From positions 576,001 through 640,000 of the forward strand of contig CAYLJV010000001.1 in NCBI GenBank assembly GCA_964384105.1: a stretch of DNA of 64,000 nucleotides, in the 5' to 3' direction. The notes beneath the pieces were generated by a model, which searched no databases, had not been told where the DNA came from, and was given only the letters and a program-made list of their open reading frames with translations. Below, piece after piece: positions 47,717-57,642 of this stretch (within the stretch, counting starts at the first letter, position 1; each line of letters opens with the position of its first letter). A program made the translations under genes and the position numbers. This DNA is from Candidatus Hadarchaeota archaeon. Lineage in GTDB: Archaea; Hadarchaeota; Hadarchaeia; Hadarchaeales; JAGGTB01.

Positions 47717-47980
47717 TTATCGAGGTATTAGGTCTCTTATAGAATTATATTTTTTCAAAAAGTTCTTACCCTTTTCAGTGATGGTCCATGCGAGGGGTGA
47801 ATGACTTCTTACTTCCACCAGGCCATTTTCACGTAGGGTAGTGAGATACTTTTTGCATCTCTTGAAATTCAAATTCGCTTTATAAACAATGTGCGTTTTC
47901 CTGGATTTTTCTCCGACTGCTTTTAGTATGTCGGCGTAGACATCCATCCTGGTTCGTCTATCCCTCCCCATTTTGGGCAC
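47717..47980 (-). CDS. archaeal winged-helix protein (HTH_45-like)
   Basis: RRTRMDVYADIL...KTHIVYKANLNF...YL..L...GL...ITEKG. Confidence 0.88.
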   Translation of the reverse strand: MPKMGRDRRTRMDVYADILKAVGEKSRKTHIVYKANLNFKRCKKYLTTLRENGLVEVRSHSPLAWTITEKGKNFLKKYNSIRDLIPR

Positions 47981-48088
47981 CTTGATAGTTTATGGTATTA
48001 CTGTTTTTAAAGCCTTTCTATGTTACTAATTAGAAATCCGGACTTGAAGTAACCTTTTGTTCTTTAAGTTGCATTTAAGAGTAGGTAA

Positions 48089-49933
48089 TTAAGCCGGTCT
48101 TTTCAAATGCGATCCAAGATTTCCAATCCCAAGTTCTTCCAATTTTTCTTCAGTTGGCCCGAAATTATCCCAACCTCTAATTTTGTAATATTCTTCTATC
48201 TTTTCCTTCAACTTTTTATTTGGAATACTTTCTCCCGAACTAGCTCCTTCCTGCAATGGCTCCTCGAACCTATTGGGAAGTTTATCCTCCTTCCGGGAGA
48301 TTTTACTACGCATTGCCAGTATTTTCAATAGGTTGAAGTTTCGTTCTCCTATGATTAGCATTTTTTCGGAGTTTATTTCCATTCCTGTGGCTGCTTCTAT
48401 CGCTTTACGAATCTCGGGATATGTATAGGCAGCGTTTCTATGGGCTATCCAACTGGTGAATGCACATTGAATTGAGGAATTAGTAAAAGAGACTAGATCT
48501 TCATAAATTTTACAATAAAATGGCTTTTTTTCTATATCAAGTCGATTAATCGAACCTTTGATAGGTAGTTCTGAGGGGTGGTTATTGATCGTATCATGCA
48601 GTATCTCCATGTGATTTGCTCCGCGTGGACTGACTGAATAGCTTATAGCTAGAGCTTTTTTCCCTCTTGGTTCATGCATAGGTATTTCCTGACCTTTTAC
48701 CTGCATTGCAAAGTCGGCTTCAAGTTCTTCTGCAAGTTCGTCAATACCCTTAGCTAGGCGTTTGCCAATTCCTTCCTTTTTAGCTATCTTTTCTATAATT
48801 TCCAATATTTTTCCAGAATTTCCCCAGTCGATACCATCGTCGATTAGTCCCTTTTCGGTTGCCTCCATCGTGAAGGCTATTGTGTTCCCCGTGCTTATCG
48901 TGTCCAGCCCATACATATTGCATTTTTGATTCGCTAGGGCTATAGATTTTAAGTTGTTGTTTAAGCAAAGAGAGCCAAAAGCTGCCAAAGTTTCATATTC
49001 TGGCCCACCATATTCCTCCTTTACCTTTTCACCCTCAAATTCAGTCTTTACTATGTGTTTACATCTCACTGGACACCCTGTACAACTATCCCGGTTTACC
49101 TGAATCTTTTCGAACATAGCTTCCCCGCTGATATCTTCTGCATTGTCAAAAAATCCTTTTTGAAAATTTTTAGTGGGGAGAATCCCTAGTTCGTTTAGGC
49201 CCAGTAATGTTCCAGTAGTTCCGTATTTGCCCCAACTTTTTACAGGTGATTTGATTAATTTGCTCACCAGGTTTGATCGAGCTTTTTTCAAGGCCTTTTC
49301 ATCGAATAAAGGCTTTTCAGAGCTACCTTTAACTATTATCGCTTTCAGTTTCTTACTTCCCATCACTGCTCCAAATCCGGGTCGTCCTGCTGCTCTATTT
49401 CGGTCATTTATTATACAAGAAAACTTTACCAAGTTTTCGCCTGCTATACCAATGGCAGAAACTTTGCCCCCCTCGTATTCTTCTTTGAGCCTATTATCCA
49501 CAACTCCTACCGGTTCGCTCCAGAGGTCATTAGCGTTCTGTATATTAGCCTCTCCGTCTATTAGAGCCAGATATTTAGGACTTTTCGCTTGTCCTCTGAC
49601 AATTATTCCATCGTATCCTGATGTCCCTAGTTCCTGAGCAAAAAATCCGCCCGCGTAGGAGTCACTTATGCTTTTTGTCTTCGGCGAAATGCTCATTACT
49701 ACATGTCGCCCTGCTCCTGCGGTACGGGTTCCTTGGAGTGGCCCAGTTCCGAATATAAGTATATTCTCGGGGCCTAGTGGGTCTTCTCGGCCTTTGGTTT
49801 CCTCTAGTAGAATTCTTGCTCCAATGCCTCTTCCACCGAGATATTTTTCTATCCAGTTGTTGGGTATTTTATAATCGGTGATTGTTTCTTTAGATAGATC
49901 CACATCAAGAAATTTTCCAAAAAAACCATCCAT
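48089..49933 (-). CDS. aor: tungsten-dependent aldehyde:ferredoxin oxidoreductase family protein
   Basis: LGGRG, AGRPGFGAVMGSKKLKA, CTGCPVRC, PEYET, GLDTIS, HEPRG. Confidence 0.93.
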   Translation of the reverse strand: MDGFFGKFLDVDLSKETITDYKIPNNWIEKYLGGRGIGARILLEETKGREDPLGPENILIFGTGPLQGTRTAGAGRHVVMSISPKTKSISDSYAGGFFAQELGTSGYDGIIVRGQAKSPKYLALIDGEANIQNANDLWSEPVGVVDNRLKEEYEGGKVSAIGIAGENLVKFSCIINDRNRAAGRPGFGAVMGSKKLKAIIVKGSSEKPLFDEKALKKARSNLVSKLIKSPVKSWGKYGTTGTLLGLNELGILPTKNFQKGFFDNAEDISGEAMFEKIQVNRDSCTGCPVRCKHIVKTEFEGEKVKEEYGGPEYETLAAFGSLCLNNNLKSIALANQKCNMYGLDTISTGNTIAFTMEATEKGLIDDGIDWGNSGKILEIIEKIAKKEGIGKRLAKGIDELAEELEADFAMQVKGQEIPMHEPRGKKALAISYSVSPRGANHMEILHDTINNHPSELPIKGSINRLDIEKKPFYCKIYEDLVSFTNSSIQCAFTSWIAHRNAAYTYPEIRKAIEAATGMEINSEKMLIIGERNFNLLKILAMRSKISRKEDKLPNRFEEPLQEGASSGESIPNKKLKEKIEEYYKIRGWDNFGPTEEKLEELGIGNLGSHLKRPA

Positions 49934-50064
49934 TATTTCACAATTAAGAGTGATGATGCATTAATCAAAAATTTTTACATTCTATTTTTTAGTTTCCTTA
50001 GCTCAAAGACCGAGATTTGATAAATATCTAAGAATAATTAATTCTAGTCTGTTTTGGTGAAAGT

Positions 50065-51294
50065 ATGTTGGAAAATGAGGCGATATGGGAGTTTAATACC
50101 GCAGGCAAGATAAAGTTCGGCGAAGGTTCGTCTAGGGAATTGGAATCTGATATAAGAGAGCTTGGTAAAAGTTCTGCTTTGATCTTTACAGATGAAGGCA
50201 TAGAAAAGACAGGTATTCTCGATTCAATAGTTGAAAATTTTAAAGAAACTGACTTTGAAGTTTTTTCAAAAGTTAAACCCGGTCCGTCGCTAGAAGTATT
50301 TGAGCAAGCACTAGATTTCGCTCATAAGGTAAATCCTGGTGTAATTGTTGGTCTGAGTGGTGGAAGTTCTATTGATGTTGCTAAATCGACTGGCGTCCTT
50401 TTTGAAAAAAATGGGGGGATATTAGATTACGCTTCTCCACCGTTTGGAAAAGGGGAGCCCTTAGGCCCATCAAACCTACCGGTTATAGCTATTCCTACCT
50501 CTGCAGGAACTGGTTCAGAAACTTCTCCAGTTTCTGTGATATCCTTACCAGATGAAAAATCAAGGACTGCAATTTCCAGTAAATATCAATATCCCGACCT
50601 TGCTATCGTTGACCCCTTATTAACGATATCTTTACCACCGAGACAAACGGCTTCTACGGGCATTGATGCGCTCTCACACGCTATAGAAGCATATGTTACT
50701 CGTAGATACGATTGGAAAAAGCGGCCAGAAAAACCAGTGGATAGGCCGGTTTACGGGGGTAGAACTGCTTTAACAGACCAGTTTGCAAGGATGGGGATAG
50801 ACCTTATCTCCAATAACCTCAGACGAGCTTACAACAATGGACATGACATTGAAGCTCGTAGAAACATGTCCTTAGGTAGTCTTGTGGCGGGAATTGCTTT
50901 CACAAACGCTGGTTTGGGAGTGGCACACGCTATAGCTCTGGTATTAGGCTCGGAATATCACATTCCACATGGGATGGCTGTTGCAGGTGTTTTGCCTGAA
51001 GTGATGAGATTCAACGCACATGCTGATTATCGAAGGTATATGGAACTGGCGAGTATTATGGGAGTGGATGTTTCTGCCTTTGATATGAATGTGGCTGCCC
51101 TTAAAGCTGCAGATTCAGTTCAGAATCTTATTTTGGATCTCGAAACACTTTCTGGTTTAAAGGAGATTGGTGTGGATGAAAAGGTCATACCCAAATTGGT
51201 CGAAAAGACTATTCGCTTACAAAGGCTTATTGAAGGAAATCCCCGGAGAGTAGACCAGCAGGATATAAGAAAAATTTTAATAGACTCTCTGTAA
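50065..51294 (+). CDS. iron-containing alcohol dehydrogenase family (hydroxyacid-oxoacid transhydrogenase-like)
   Basis: SGGSSIDVAK, PTSAGTGSE, DALSHAIEAY, RPVYGG insert, PHG. Confidence 0.9.
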   Translation: MLENEAIWEFNTAGKIKFGEGSSRELESDIRELGKSSALIFTDEGIEKTGILDSIVENFKETDFEVFSKVKPGPSLEVFEQALDFAHKVNPGVIVGLSGGSSIDVAKSTGVLFEKNGGILDYASPPFGKGEPLGPSNLPVIAIPTSAGTGSETSPVSVISLPDEKSRTAISSKYQYPDLAIVDPLLTISLPPRQTASTGIDALSHAIEAYVTRRYDWKKRPEKPVDRPVYGGRTALTDQFARMGIDLISNNLRRAYNNGHDIEARRNMSLGSLVAGIAFTNAGLGVAHAIALVLGSEYHIPHGMAVAGVLPEVMRFNAHADYRRYMELASIMGVDVSAFDMNVAALKAADSVQNLILDLETLSGLKEIGVDEKVIPKLVEKTIRLQRLIEGNPRRVDQQDIRKILIDSL

Positions 51295-51439
51295 GTTCTG
51301 TTTTTTACTCTTTTATTAAAAGTACACGTTTTCTAGAGAAACCTTACTACTAGTACTAAATAATGGTTAGAGCTGCTTAAAAATGGGTTCTTACAAACGA
51401 TAACCACGGAGCCTTGGGTTTCAGAAATATTTTGTTTCA

Positions 51440-52111
51440 ATGGATTGTGGAGGTATGAATTTGAGTCAGATATTGGTTGTGGATGATGAACCTGATCTTT
51501 GTGAGCTAGTTGAAGTAACTCTGAAAAGAAAAAAATATAGTGTATCCGCTGCTTGTAGTGGTGAAAAAGCATTAGAAATGCTGGAAGATGAAACACCTGA
51601 TCTAATTCTATTAGATGTAGGACTACCAGGCCTAAACGGCTGGGAGGTTCTAAAGGAGATGGCTGGGAGGAGTACTATAGAAAAGGTTCCAGTGGCAATG
51701 TTTACGGGGGAGAAACTTACTTTGACGGAGATACTCCGGAAGGATATAGAAAATTTAGTCGGATACATCGAGAAGCCATTCAATAGTTCAGATCTTTTAA
51801 GTACAGTAGAAAAAATCCTAGAGAGAACTAGGCGGATATACCGTATAAAAGAGGAAATAGCGAACTGCCCGAATGGTGGAGAGGATTTATCCCGAGCGTT
51901 TCTTGCTTGGAATAGAACCCAAATGATACATGAGAGGCTCTTGGAGAAGCTGAAGGAACTAAGATGGGAATATGTTGACGATGACAAGCTTGCTAGAATC
52001 GATGATTTGATAGAGGGAGAAAAACAGACCATACAAGAATCCAAATTGAAAAAAACAGAAATACTTAGGTTAGCGGGTCTTGAAGATTTGGTTTGCCCAA
52101 AAGTTTCTTAA
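51440..52111 (+). CDS. response-regulator receiver with an uncharacterised helical C-terminal domain
   Basis: VVDDE, LLDVGLP, FTG, EKPF. Confidence 0.88.
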   Translation: MDCGGMNLSQILVVDDEPDLCELVEVTLKRKKYSVSAACSGEKALEMLEDETPDLILLDVGLPGLNGWEVLKEMAGRSTIEKVPVAMFTGEKLTLTEILRKDIENLVGYIEKPFNSSDLLSTVEKILERTRRIYRIKEEIANCPNGGEDLSRAFLAWNRTQMIHERLLEKLKELRWEYVDDDKLARIDDLIEGEKQTIQESKLKKTEILRLAGLEDLVCPKVS

Positions 52112-52294
52112 TGTTTTTAGGAACTTCACCGATTCCAAAATCTTATTTTTGCGATAAGTTTGATTTAGAGGTAAACGTAAATGGGTTATTGTGTTCTTGG
52201 GGTTGTTCCTACAGTTAATTGATGGCTTGCTGAGTCTTGGAGAAAGATATTCAAGGCTTAAGAATATTTTATTTACTGGACATGAGGGATTTGA

Positions 52295-53116
52295 TTGGAA
52301 ATATTCTCTATATCTCGTTTAAGGAAATTTGAGGAATGTCCACGAGCTTATAAATTTAGGTATATAGAGAAACCCGAGGTAGAGAGAATTCAGAATATAT
52401 ACGGTTTTTTGGGTTCTAGAGTTCATGAAACACTTGAAAAGCACTACACCGATCTGATGGATGGATTTTGTAATTCTATCGATGATCTTCTTGGCTACTA
52501 CAATAAGATTTGGAGTGAAAACTGGTCAGAGGATATTCTAGTTTACGGTAACCGTTCAGTTGAGGAGTACAAAGAGGACGGAAAAAACTGTATCACAAAT
52601 TATTATTCTTGTAACGAACCATTTGAGGAAGATACAACGATAGACACGGAACTTAATCTTCGTTGTTCTTTGGAGGCCTATGGAGAAAATTACGATTTTC
52701 AAGGGTATATTGACAGGCTTTCTAAGGGGTCAAACGGGTCCTACGAAATTCATGATTATAAAACTTCTAAGAATATACCATCTCATGGAGAGCTAGAGGA
52801 GAATCGTCAGCTAGGTCTTTACCAGATTGCGGTTCAACAGAACTATCCAGATGCTGAAGAAATTGAATTGGTTTGGCATTATGTTAGATATGGTGAAGAA
52901 TTTAGATTTAAAAAAACCGAAGAAAATCTCAGAAGACTTAAAATAAATTTAGTTAGGACGGTCAGAAAAGTAGAGAGAGCAAAGAAAAGAGATATTTTTC
53001 CTGCAAAGAGATTTAACGGTGCTAGATGTGATTGGTGTGACTACCAGCATTTATGTGAAGCATGGTCTAAGGATAGGAATGCGAAAATAAAAAGAAAGTT
53101 AGAAGATTTTCTTTAA
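52295..53116 (+). CDS. solo RecB/Cas4-like PD-(D/E)XK nuclease with an Fe-S staple
   Basis: S.SRL..FEECP, GSRVHETLE, GYIDRL, DYKTS, QLGLY, CDWCDYQHLC. Confidence 0.9.
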   Translation: MEIFSISRLRKFEECPRAYKFRYIEKPEVERIQNIYGFLGSRVHETLEKHYTDLMDGFCNSIDDLLGYYNKIWSENWSEDILVYGNRSVEEYKEDGKNCITNYYSCNEPFEEDTTIDTELNLRCSLEAYGENYDFQGYIDRLSKGSNGSYEIHDYKTSKNIPSHGELEENRQLGLYQIAVQQNYPDAEEIELVWHYVRYGEEFRFKKTEENLRRLKINLVRTVRKVERAKKRDIFPAKRFNGARCDWCDYQHLCEAWSKDRNAKIKRKLEDFL

Positions 53117-53237
53117 ATATTCGTTCCCAAAAATTTCGAACCTTGTGTTTTATTTTTTTGGACGGAATTAGAAAAAAGATATCATAGAAAACAATAATTT
53201 TTAAACTCTCTCGTTCATTATTGGGTCTGGGGATAAT

Positions 53238-53693
53238 TTGGACAGCGATAGAATATTAGGTGCAGGGATAATAATTGCCTGTATATTAGCCGCCGTTCTC
53301 TATTTCGGTTTCATCTATCTTGGTTTTGCCGAAGAAGTGCTTCTAGTAATTGTATCTATTGCGTTCTTACTCATCCTCGGAATAGGGGGCTGGATTGGCT
53401 GGACTATGGCTAGTACCCCGTCCCCGGAACCAATAGAGGATTTGGACGTTCAAGATACGTCTCCGGAAGCTATCGAGGATGTTGATTTCGAAGAAAGTTC
53501 GGAAGAATCTGAAGAGGAATTCAGAGAGAAAATAAGTTCTATTGATGGGATGACTGAAAGGAGAGTGAATGCATTGATAGAAGGTGGATATGATTCCATT
53601 GATTCACTTAAACAGGTAGATGAATCTGATTTGACGGAAGTAAAAGGTATCGGATCAACTTTGGCTAAGAGAATAAAATCTAAGTATAGGTAA
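53238..53693 (+). CDS. 2-TM membrane protein fused to a helix-hairpin-helix domain
   Basis: Two TM helices ending WIGWTMASTPSPEPIE, an acidic linker, then IDGM...EVKGIGSTLAKRIK. Confidence 0.82.
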   Translation: MDSDRILGAGIIIACILAAVLYFGFIYLGFAEEVLLVIVSIAFLLILGIGGWIGWTMASTPSPEPIEDLDVQDTSPEAIEDVDFEESSEESEEEFREKISSIDGMTERRVNALIEGGYDSIDSLKQVDESDLTEVKGIGSTLAKRIKSKYR

Positions 53694-53702
53694 TTGATCT
53701 CT

Positions 53703-54782
53703 TTAATGCGAGTGAAGGATATTAACCGACAATTTTTCTAGAGCGCTTAGTCTCTTCTTTATACTCGGGTGTGTCGAAAATATTTCCATAAGTTTTTCTT
53801 TGAATGTTAACTTCTGCTTACTATACATCTCTACGAGTTCTTGGTCTGTTAGTTCTTCTTTTTCCGGTCTATATGAAGTGTCCGGGTCTGAGATGAAAAG
53901 CGGTTTTAGTGACATTCCCAGGCTCCCTGTTTCATTTCTACTTGGTTTTCTTTGCTCCGGGCCCTTAACGTATACTCGACGTCCTGATGAGTCGTGAGCT
54001 ATGTAAACGGTCTGATTTCTTCCTCTGAAATTCATTTCGCTTCTCTTTTCTTCTTTCATTCTCTCCGTCCTGTGGCTTATTTTTGCTAGACCTTCTGACA
54101 GTTTTCTCGCGCCGTCGGGGACATTTTCTGCAGAAAATCTGTCTGCGAAGAATTCTCGTGTTCTGCTAAAGTTCATAATGCAGAGATTCAAAACGAGATA
54201 TATTCCCATTGAGACTCCAGCGATGGCCATCAGCGGGAGACCATTCCTTCTTCCCCCACCTCCAAAAAATCCGGAGAGTAGGAATACTCGGCCTATCATC
54301 AAAAAAATCGCTGGTAGTACAGATAGAAACATCATTGCTCTTCCGTCTCCGTGTTTGTGATGCCCCATTTCATGTCCTATTACGGCTTCTACTTCTTCGA
54401 ATTCAAGTGAGTCTAAGAGTCCTTTAGTAACTGCAATTTTTTTCCCTGACCACATGTTTCCATAAGCAAACGCATTTGGAATTTTCGTCTTGGCTATCAT
54501 AAGCTGTGGTTTTTCCATTTTCGAAACCTTCGCAATTTCTTCTAGTGCTTTATGGAGTTGGGGATATTCCTCTTCTGAAGCAGGTTCTACTTTGTGAGCC
54601 CTCTCAATTATCTGAGGAGCAAATCTCCACTGAAGTACGAAGAGGGGGATAACTATTACGAGTACTATCATACTGGGTATAGACGTAAAGAACCCGATTA
54701 GAAAAGCTAATGCTAGTGTTACTACCGCAATCATGGCTGCTATAGAGCCGTACATGGAAAATTTTAGTTTCAAGTAATTCAT
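53703..54782 (-). CDS. htpX: HtpX zinc metalloprotease (M48)
   Basis: PNAFAYG, HEMGH, SRTREFFAD, FSTHPS...RL. Confidence 0.92.
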   Translation of the reverse strand: MNYLKLKFSMYGSIAAMIAVVTLALAFLIGFFTSIPSMIVLVIVIPLFVLQWRFAPQIIERAHKVEPASEEEYPQLHKALEEIAKVSKMEKPQLMIAKTKIPNAFAYGNMWSGKKIAVTKGLLDSLEFEEVEAVIGHEMGHHKHGDGRAMMFLSVLPAIFLMIGRVFLLSGFFGGGGRRNGLPLMAIAGVSMGIYLVLNLCIMNFSRTREFFADRFSAENVPDGARKLSEGLAKISHRTERMKEEKRSEMNFRGRNQTVYIAHDSSGRRVYVKGPEQRKPSRNETGSLGMSLKPLFISDPDTSYRPEKEELTDQELVEMYSKQKLTFKEKLMEIFSTHPSIKKRLSALEKLSVNILHSH

Positions 54783-54951
54783 TGGTTTCCCATCTCTTCT
54801 TAACTTACCTTAAAAGTTATTGTATGTTTTCTCGTTTAACTTCAGTTTTTCTTTTTTGGTATTTACTGATGTGGCTTATTGATGCTAAATGAGTCGACTT
54901 CCGTAAGAGCGATTAAGGAGATGTTACATAATATTAGAGGGAGGGAGAAAT

Positions 54952-55407
54952 TTGCTATTTGTTAGAAGGTATAATGATTTGAAAACAGAGCTGGATTCTT
55001 TTTATAGAGATATAGTCGACGAACTCAAGAAGGAAAAGGGGCTGAGAATAGTCAATGAGCTTTGTGGCTGTTTGAGTAATGAAAGAGAGTTCAAGAGTGT
55101 TACTGCGGTAAAGGCGAGTATTCCTAGAAGATTAACAGGCACATTAAGAGAATTAACTATTACAGTTGCAGGTGACTCTGATGATTTTTTCGTAGAAATT
55201 CACATTGGAACTTGGCTGAAGGGAACTATTTCAAAAGATGGTTCCCTGGATAAAGAAAAATCTATAGTAGAAAAATTAGCTAGGAGAGTTGGGTACACTC
55301 CTCTCTTGGACTATAGAAGTGAACTAATCAAAAGGATTGATGAGCTAGTTAGGAAACATAGCGAGAAAGAGCTTACTTCTAAAAAGATAGAAGCGGTCCA
55401 TGCGTAG
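54952..55407 (+). CDS. hypothetical protein
   Basis: 151-aa ORF with a purine-rich SD; no motif recognised. Confidence 0.65.
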   Translation: MLFVRRYNDLKTELDSFYRDIVDELKKEKGLRIVNELCGCLSNEREFKSVTAVKASIPRRLTGTLRELTITVAGDSDDFFVEIHIGTWLKGTISKDGSLDKEKSIVEKLARRVGYTPLLDYRSELIKRIDELVRKHSEKELTSKKIEAVHA

Positions 55408-55457
55408 AATTTAAGTCTCATCTACACAAACTTTTTCTTTCGATATATCTTGAAAAT

Positions 55458-57143
55458 ATGGTGTGTAGAATGACTTCACCTTCCCCAAATAGACGGAAAT
55501 ACGCTTATTTCAGCATGGAGATTGGAATTGATCCCCGAATGCATACCTACAGCGGGGGGCTAGGAGTTCTGGCGGGGGATACTATAAAATCCTTTGCTAA
55601 GTTGGAGATTCCAGTTGTGGGAATTACCCAGCTAAATAAAAAAGGTTATTGTAGACAGGAATTAGACGAAAATGGAAATCAAATTGACTATTCGAATGAA
55701 TGGGGTCCGGATGAATTCCTTGAGCCAATCTCGGTGGATACGAAAGTCAAGATTGAAGGTAAAGATGTTAAATTGGGTGTTTGGAAGAAAGAGATTAAAT
55801 CACCGTTTAGCGAATTTTTCGTTCCAATATTCTTTTTAGATACGGATCTTCCGGAAAACGAGGAGCGATATAAGGATATCACCGATAGATTATATTTGGG
55901 TGATCGTAGATATCGTTTTTTTCAAGAAGTTGTATTAGGAATTGGTGGTTTTAGAGTTCTTAGAGAATTAGGATTTAATAATATTCAAAAATATCATTTG
56001 AACGAGAGCCATTCAAGCTTGTTAACTTTAGAATTGCTGAAAGAGAATGAATGGGATTTAGAGAAGGTACGAAGGTTATGTACTTTTACTACTCACACTC
56101 CTGAAAAAAGCGGACACGATGTTTTTTCTTACGAACTAGTGTCAGACGTTTTGAAGGATTATATTTCCATACCTGAACTGAAGAAATTAAGTAAAGAAGA
56201 AAGTTTGGACATGACGTTGTTAGCCCTAGCTATTAGTGGTTATGCAAATGCTGTTTCAAAGAAACATAGAGAGATATCTAATAAGATGTTTCCAGATTAT
56301 CAAATAGATTCCATTACTAATGGTGTTTATGTTCCAGGATGGGTTTCTGAAGAATTTGAAAATATTTATGACCGATACCTATCCGGATGGAGGAAAGTTC
56401 CGTATAAGCTGCGACAGGCTGTCGAAATACCAAAAGGAGAAGTCTGGGATGCGCATCAGAAAGAGAAAGAGAAATTAATAGATTATGTTAATTCGAACAC
56501 TTCCCAGAAAATGAACGAGCAAACTTTCACAGTAGGTTTCGCTAGAAGAGCTACTCCTTATAAACGAGCGGATTTAATATTTAGCGACCTAGATAGGTTG
56601 GAGGAGGTTGCTAAGACTACTGGCCCGTTCCAGATTATATTCGGTGGTAAGGCCCACCCACACGACTTCGGTGGTAAGGAAATAATCAACGAGATATTTG
56701 AAAATAAGAGGAAATTAGAAAATGATATCAAAGTAGTATATCTTGAAAATTACGAAATGGATTTGGCGAAACTACTTACTTCAGGAGTGGATGTCTGGTT
56801 GAACACTCCTGAAAGGGGACGAGAAGCATGTGGGACTTCTGGTATGAAAGCTGCTTGTAATGGGATCCCTCAACTTAGCACTTTGGACGGGTGGTGGATA
56901 GAGGGACACATAGAAGATTTCACTGGTTGGAAGATTGGTCCAGAGCCCTCTGAAGAAGTTGAGAACTCGGCTGAAAGAGATTCATTTGATTTATATAAGA
57001 AATTGAAGGATGTAATAATCCCATGTTTCTATTCTGAAAGAGAGAAGTGGACAGAAATAATGCTCAATTCCATCTCTGTAAATGCTTCTTATTTTCATAC
57101 AGACCGAATGGTTGAGGAATACGTGCGAAATTCTTATTCTTGA
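55458..57143 (+). CDS. glgP: alpha-glucan (glycogen/maltodextrin) phosphorylase
   Basis: YFSMEIG, YSGGLGVLAGD, HLNESH, ARRATPYKR, EACGTSGMKA (PLP lysine). Confidence 0.95.
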   Translation: MVCRMTSPSPNRRKYAYFSMEIGIDPRMHTYSGGLGVLAGDTIKSFAKLEIPVVGITQLNKKGYCRQELDENGNQIDYSNEWGPDEFLEPISVDTKVKIEGKDVKLGVWKKEIKSPFSEFFVPIFFLDTDLPENEERYKDITDRLYLGDRRYRFFQEVVLGIGGFRVLRELGFNNIQKYHLNESHSSLLTLELLKENEWDLEKVRRLCTFTTHTPEKSGHDVFSYELVSDVLKDYISIPELKKLSKEESLDMTLLALAISGYANAVSKKHREISNKMFPDYQIDSITNGVYVPGWVSEEFENIYDRYLSGWRKVPYKLRQAVEIPKGEVWDAHQKEKEKLIDYVNSNTSQKMNEQTFTVGFARRATPYKRADLIFSDLDRLEEVAKTTGPFQIIFGGKAHPHDFGGKEIINEIFENKRKLENDIKVVYLENYEMDLAKLLTSGVDVWLNTPERGREACGTSGMKAACNGIPQLSTLDGWWIEGHIEDFTGWKIGPEPSEEVENSAERDSFDLYKKLKDVIIPCFYSEREKWTEIMLNSISVNASYFHTDRMVEEYVRNSYS

Positions 57144-57222
57144 ATTAGCTAGGTTTTTTTAAGAAGGAAAGTTCTACCTAAAAACAGAGTGTCCCTGGTT
57201 TCAAGGATGATGGGGTGGGATT

Positions 57223-57642
57223 TTGAGACTTGAAGTTGTAGATATTGAGCGATGTGTAGGATGTCAATTGTGCATGTTTGCTTGCTCTAGACGATGGGGT
57301 AGTGAGGGTAGTGGTCTCTCGGATTCAAGTATCGGTGTGACCTCGGTTGGTGGAACGGAAAGAGGATTTAAGGTGATTGTTTGCAGAGCTTGCGATAACC
57401 CACCATGTGCAAGGGCCTGTCCCACTGAGGCTCTGGAACCGAGAGAAGAAGGTGGTGGAGTTAATTTCGATTTTTCCAAGTGTACTGGATGTGGCCAGTG
57501 TGTAGACGCTTGCATTATTGGTGCTGTCTTTTGGAATGAGGAGGAAAACAAGCCAATGATTTGTAAGTATTGTGGATATTGTGCGGATTTTTGTCCACAT
57601 GGAGTTTTAGAGTTTGGAGAGGGAAAAAATGCTAGAAAATGA
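57223..57642 (+). CDS. 4x[4Fe-4S] ferredoxin-like subunit of AOR (DmsB/AorA-like)
   Basis: Four CxxCxxxC motifs; overlaps the downstream AOR gene. Confidence 0.9.
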   Translation: MRLEVVDIERCVGCQLCMFACSRRWGSEGSGLSDSSIGVTSVGGTERGFKVIVCRACDNPPCARACPTEALEPREEGGGVNFDFSKCTGCGQCVDACIIGAVFWNEEENKPMICKYCGYCADFCPHGVLEFGEGKNARK

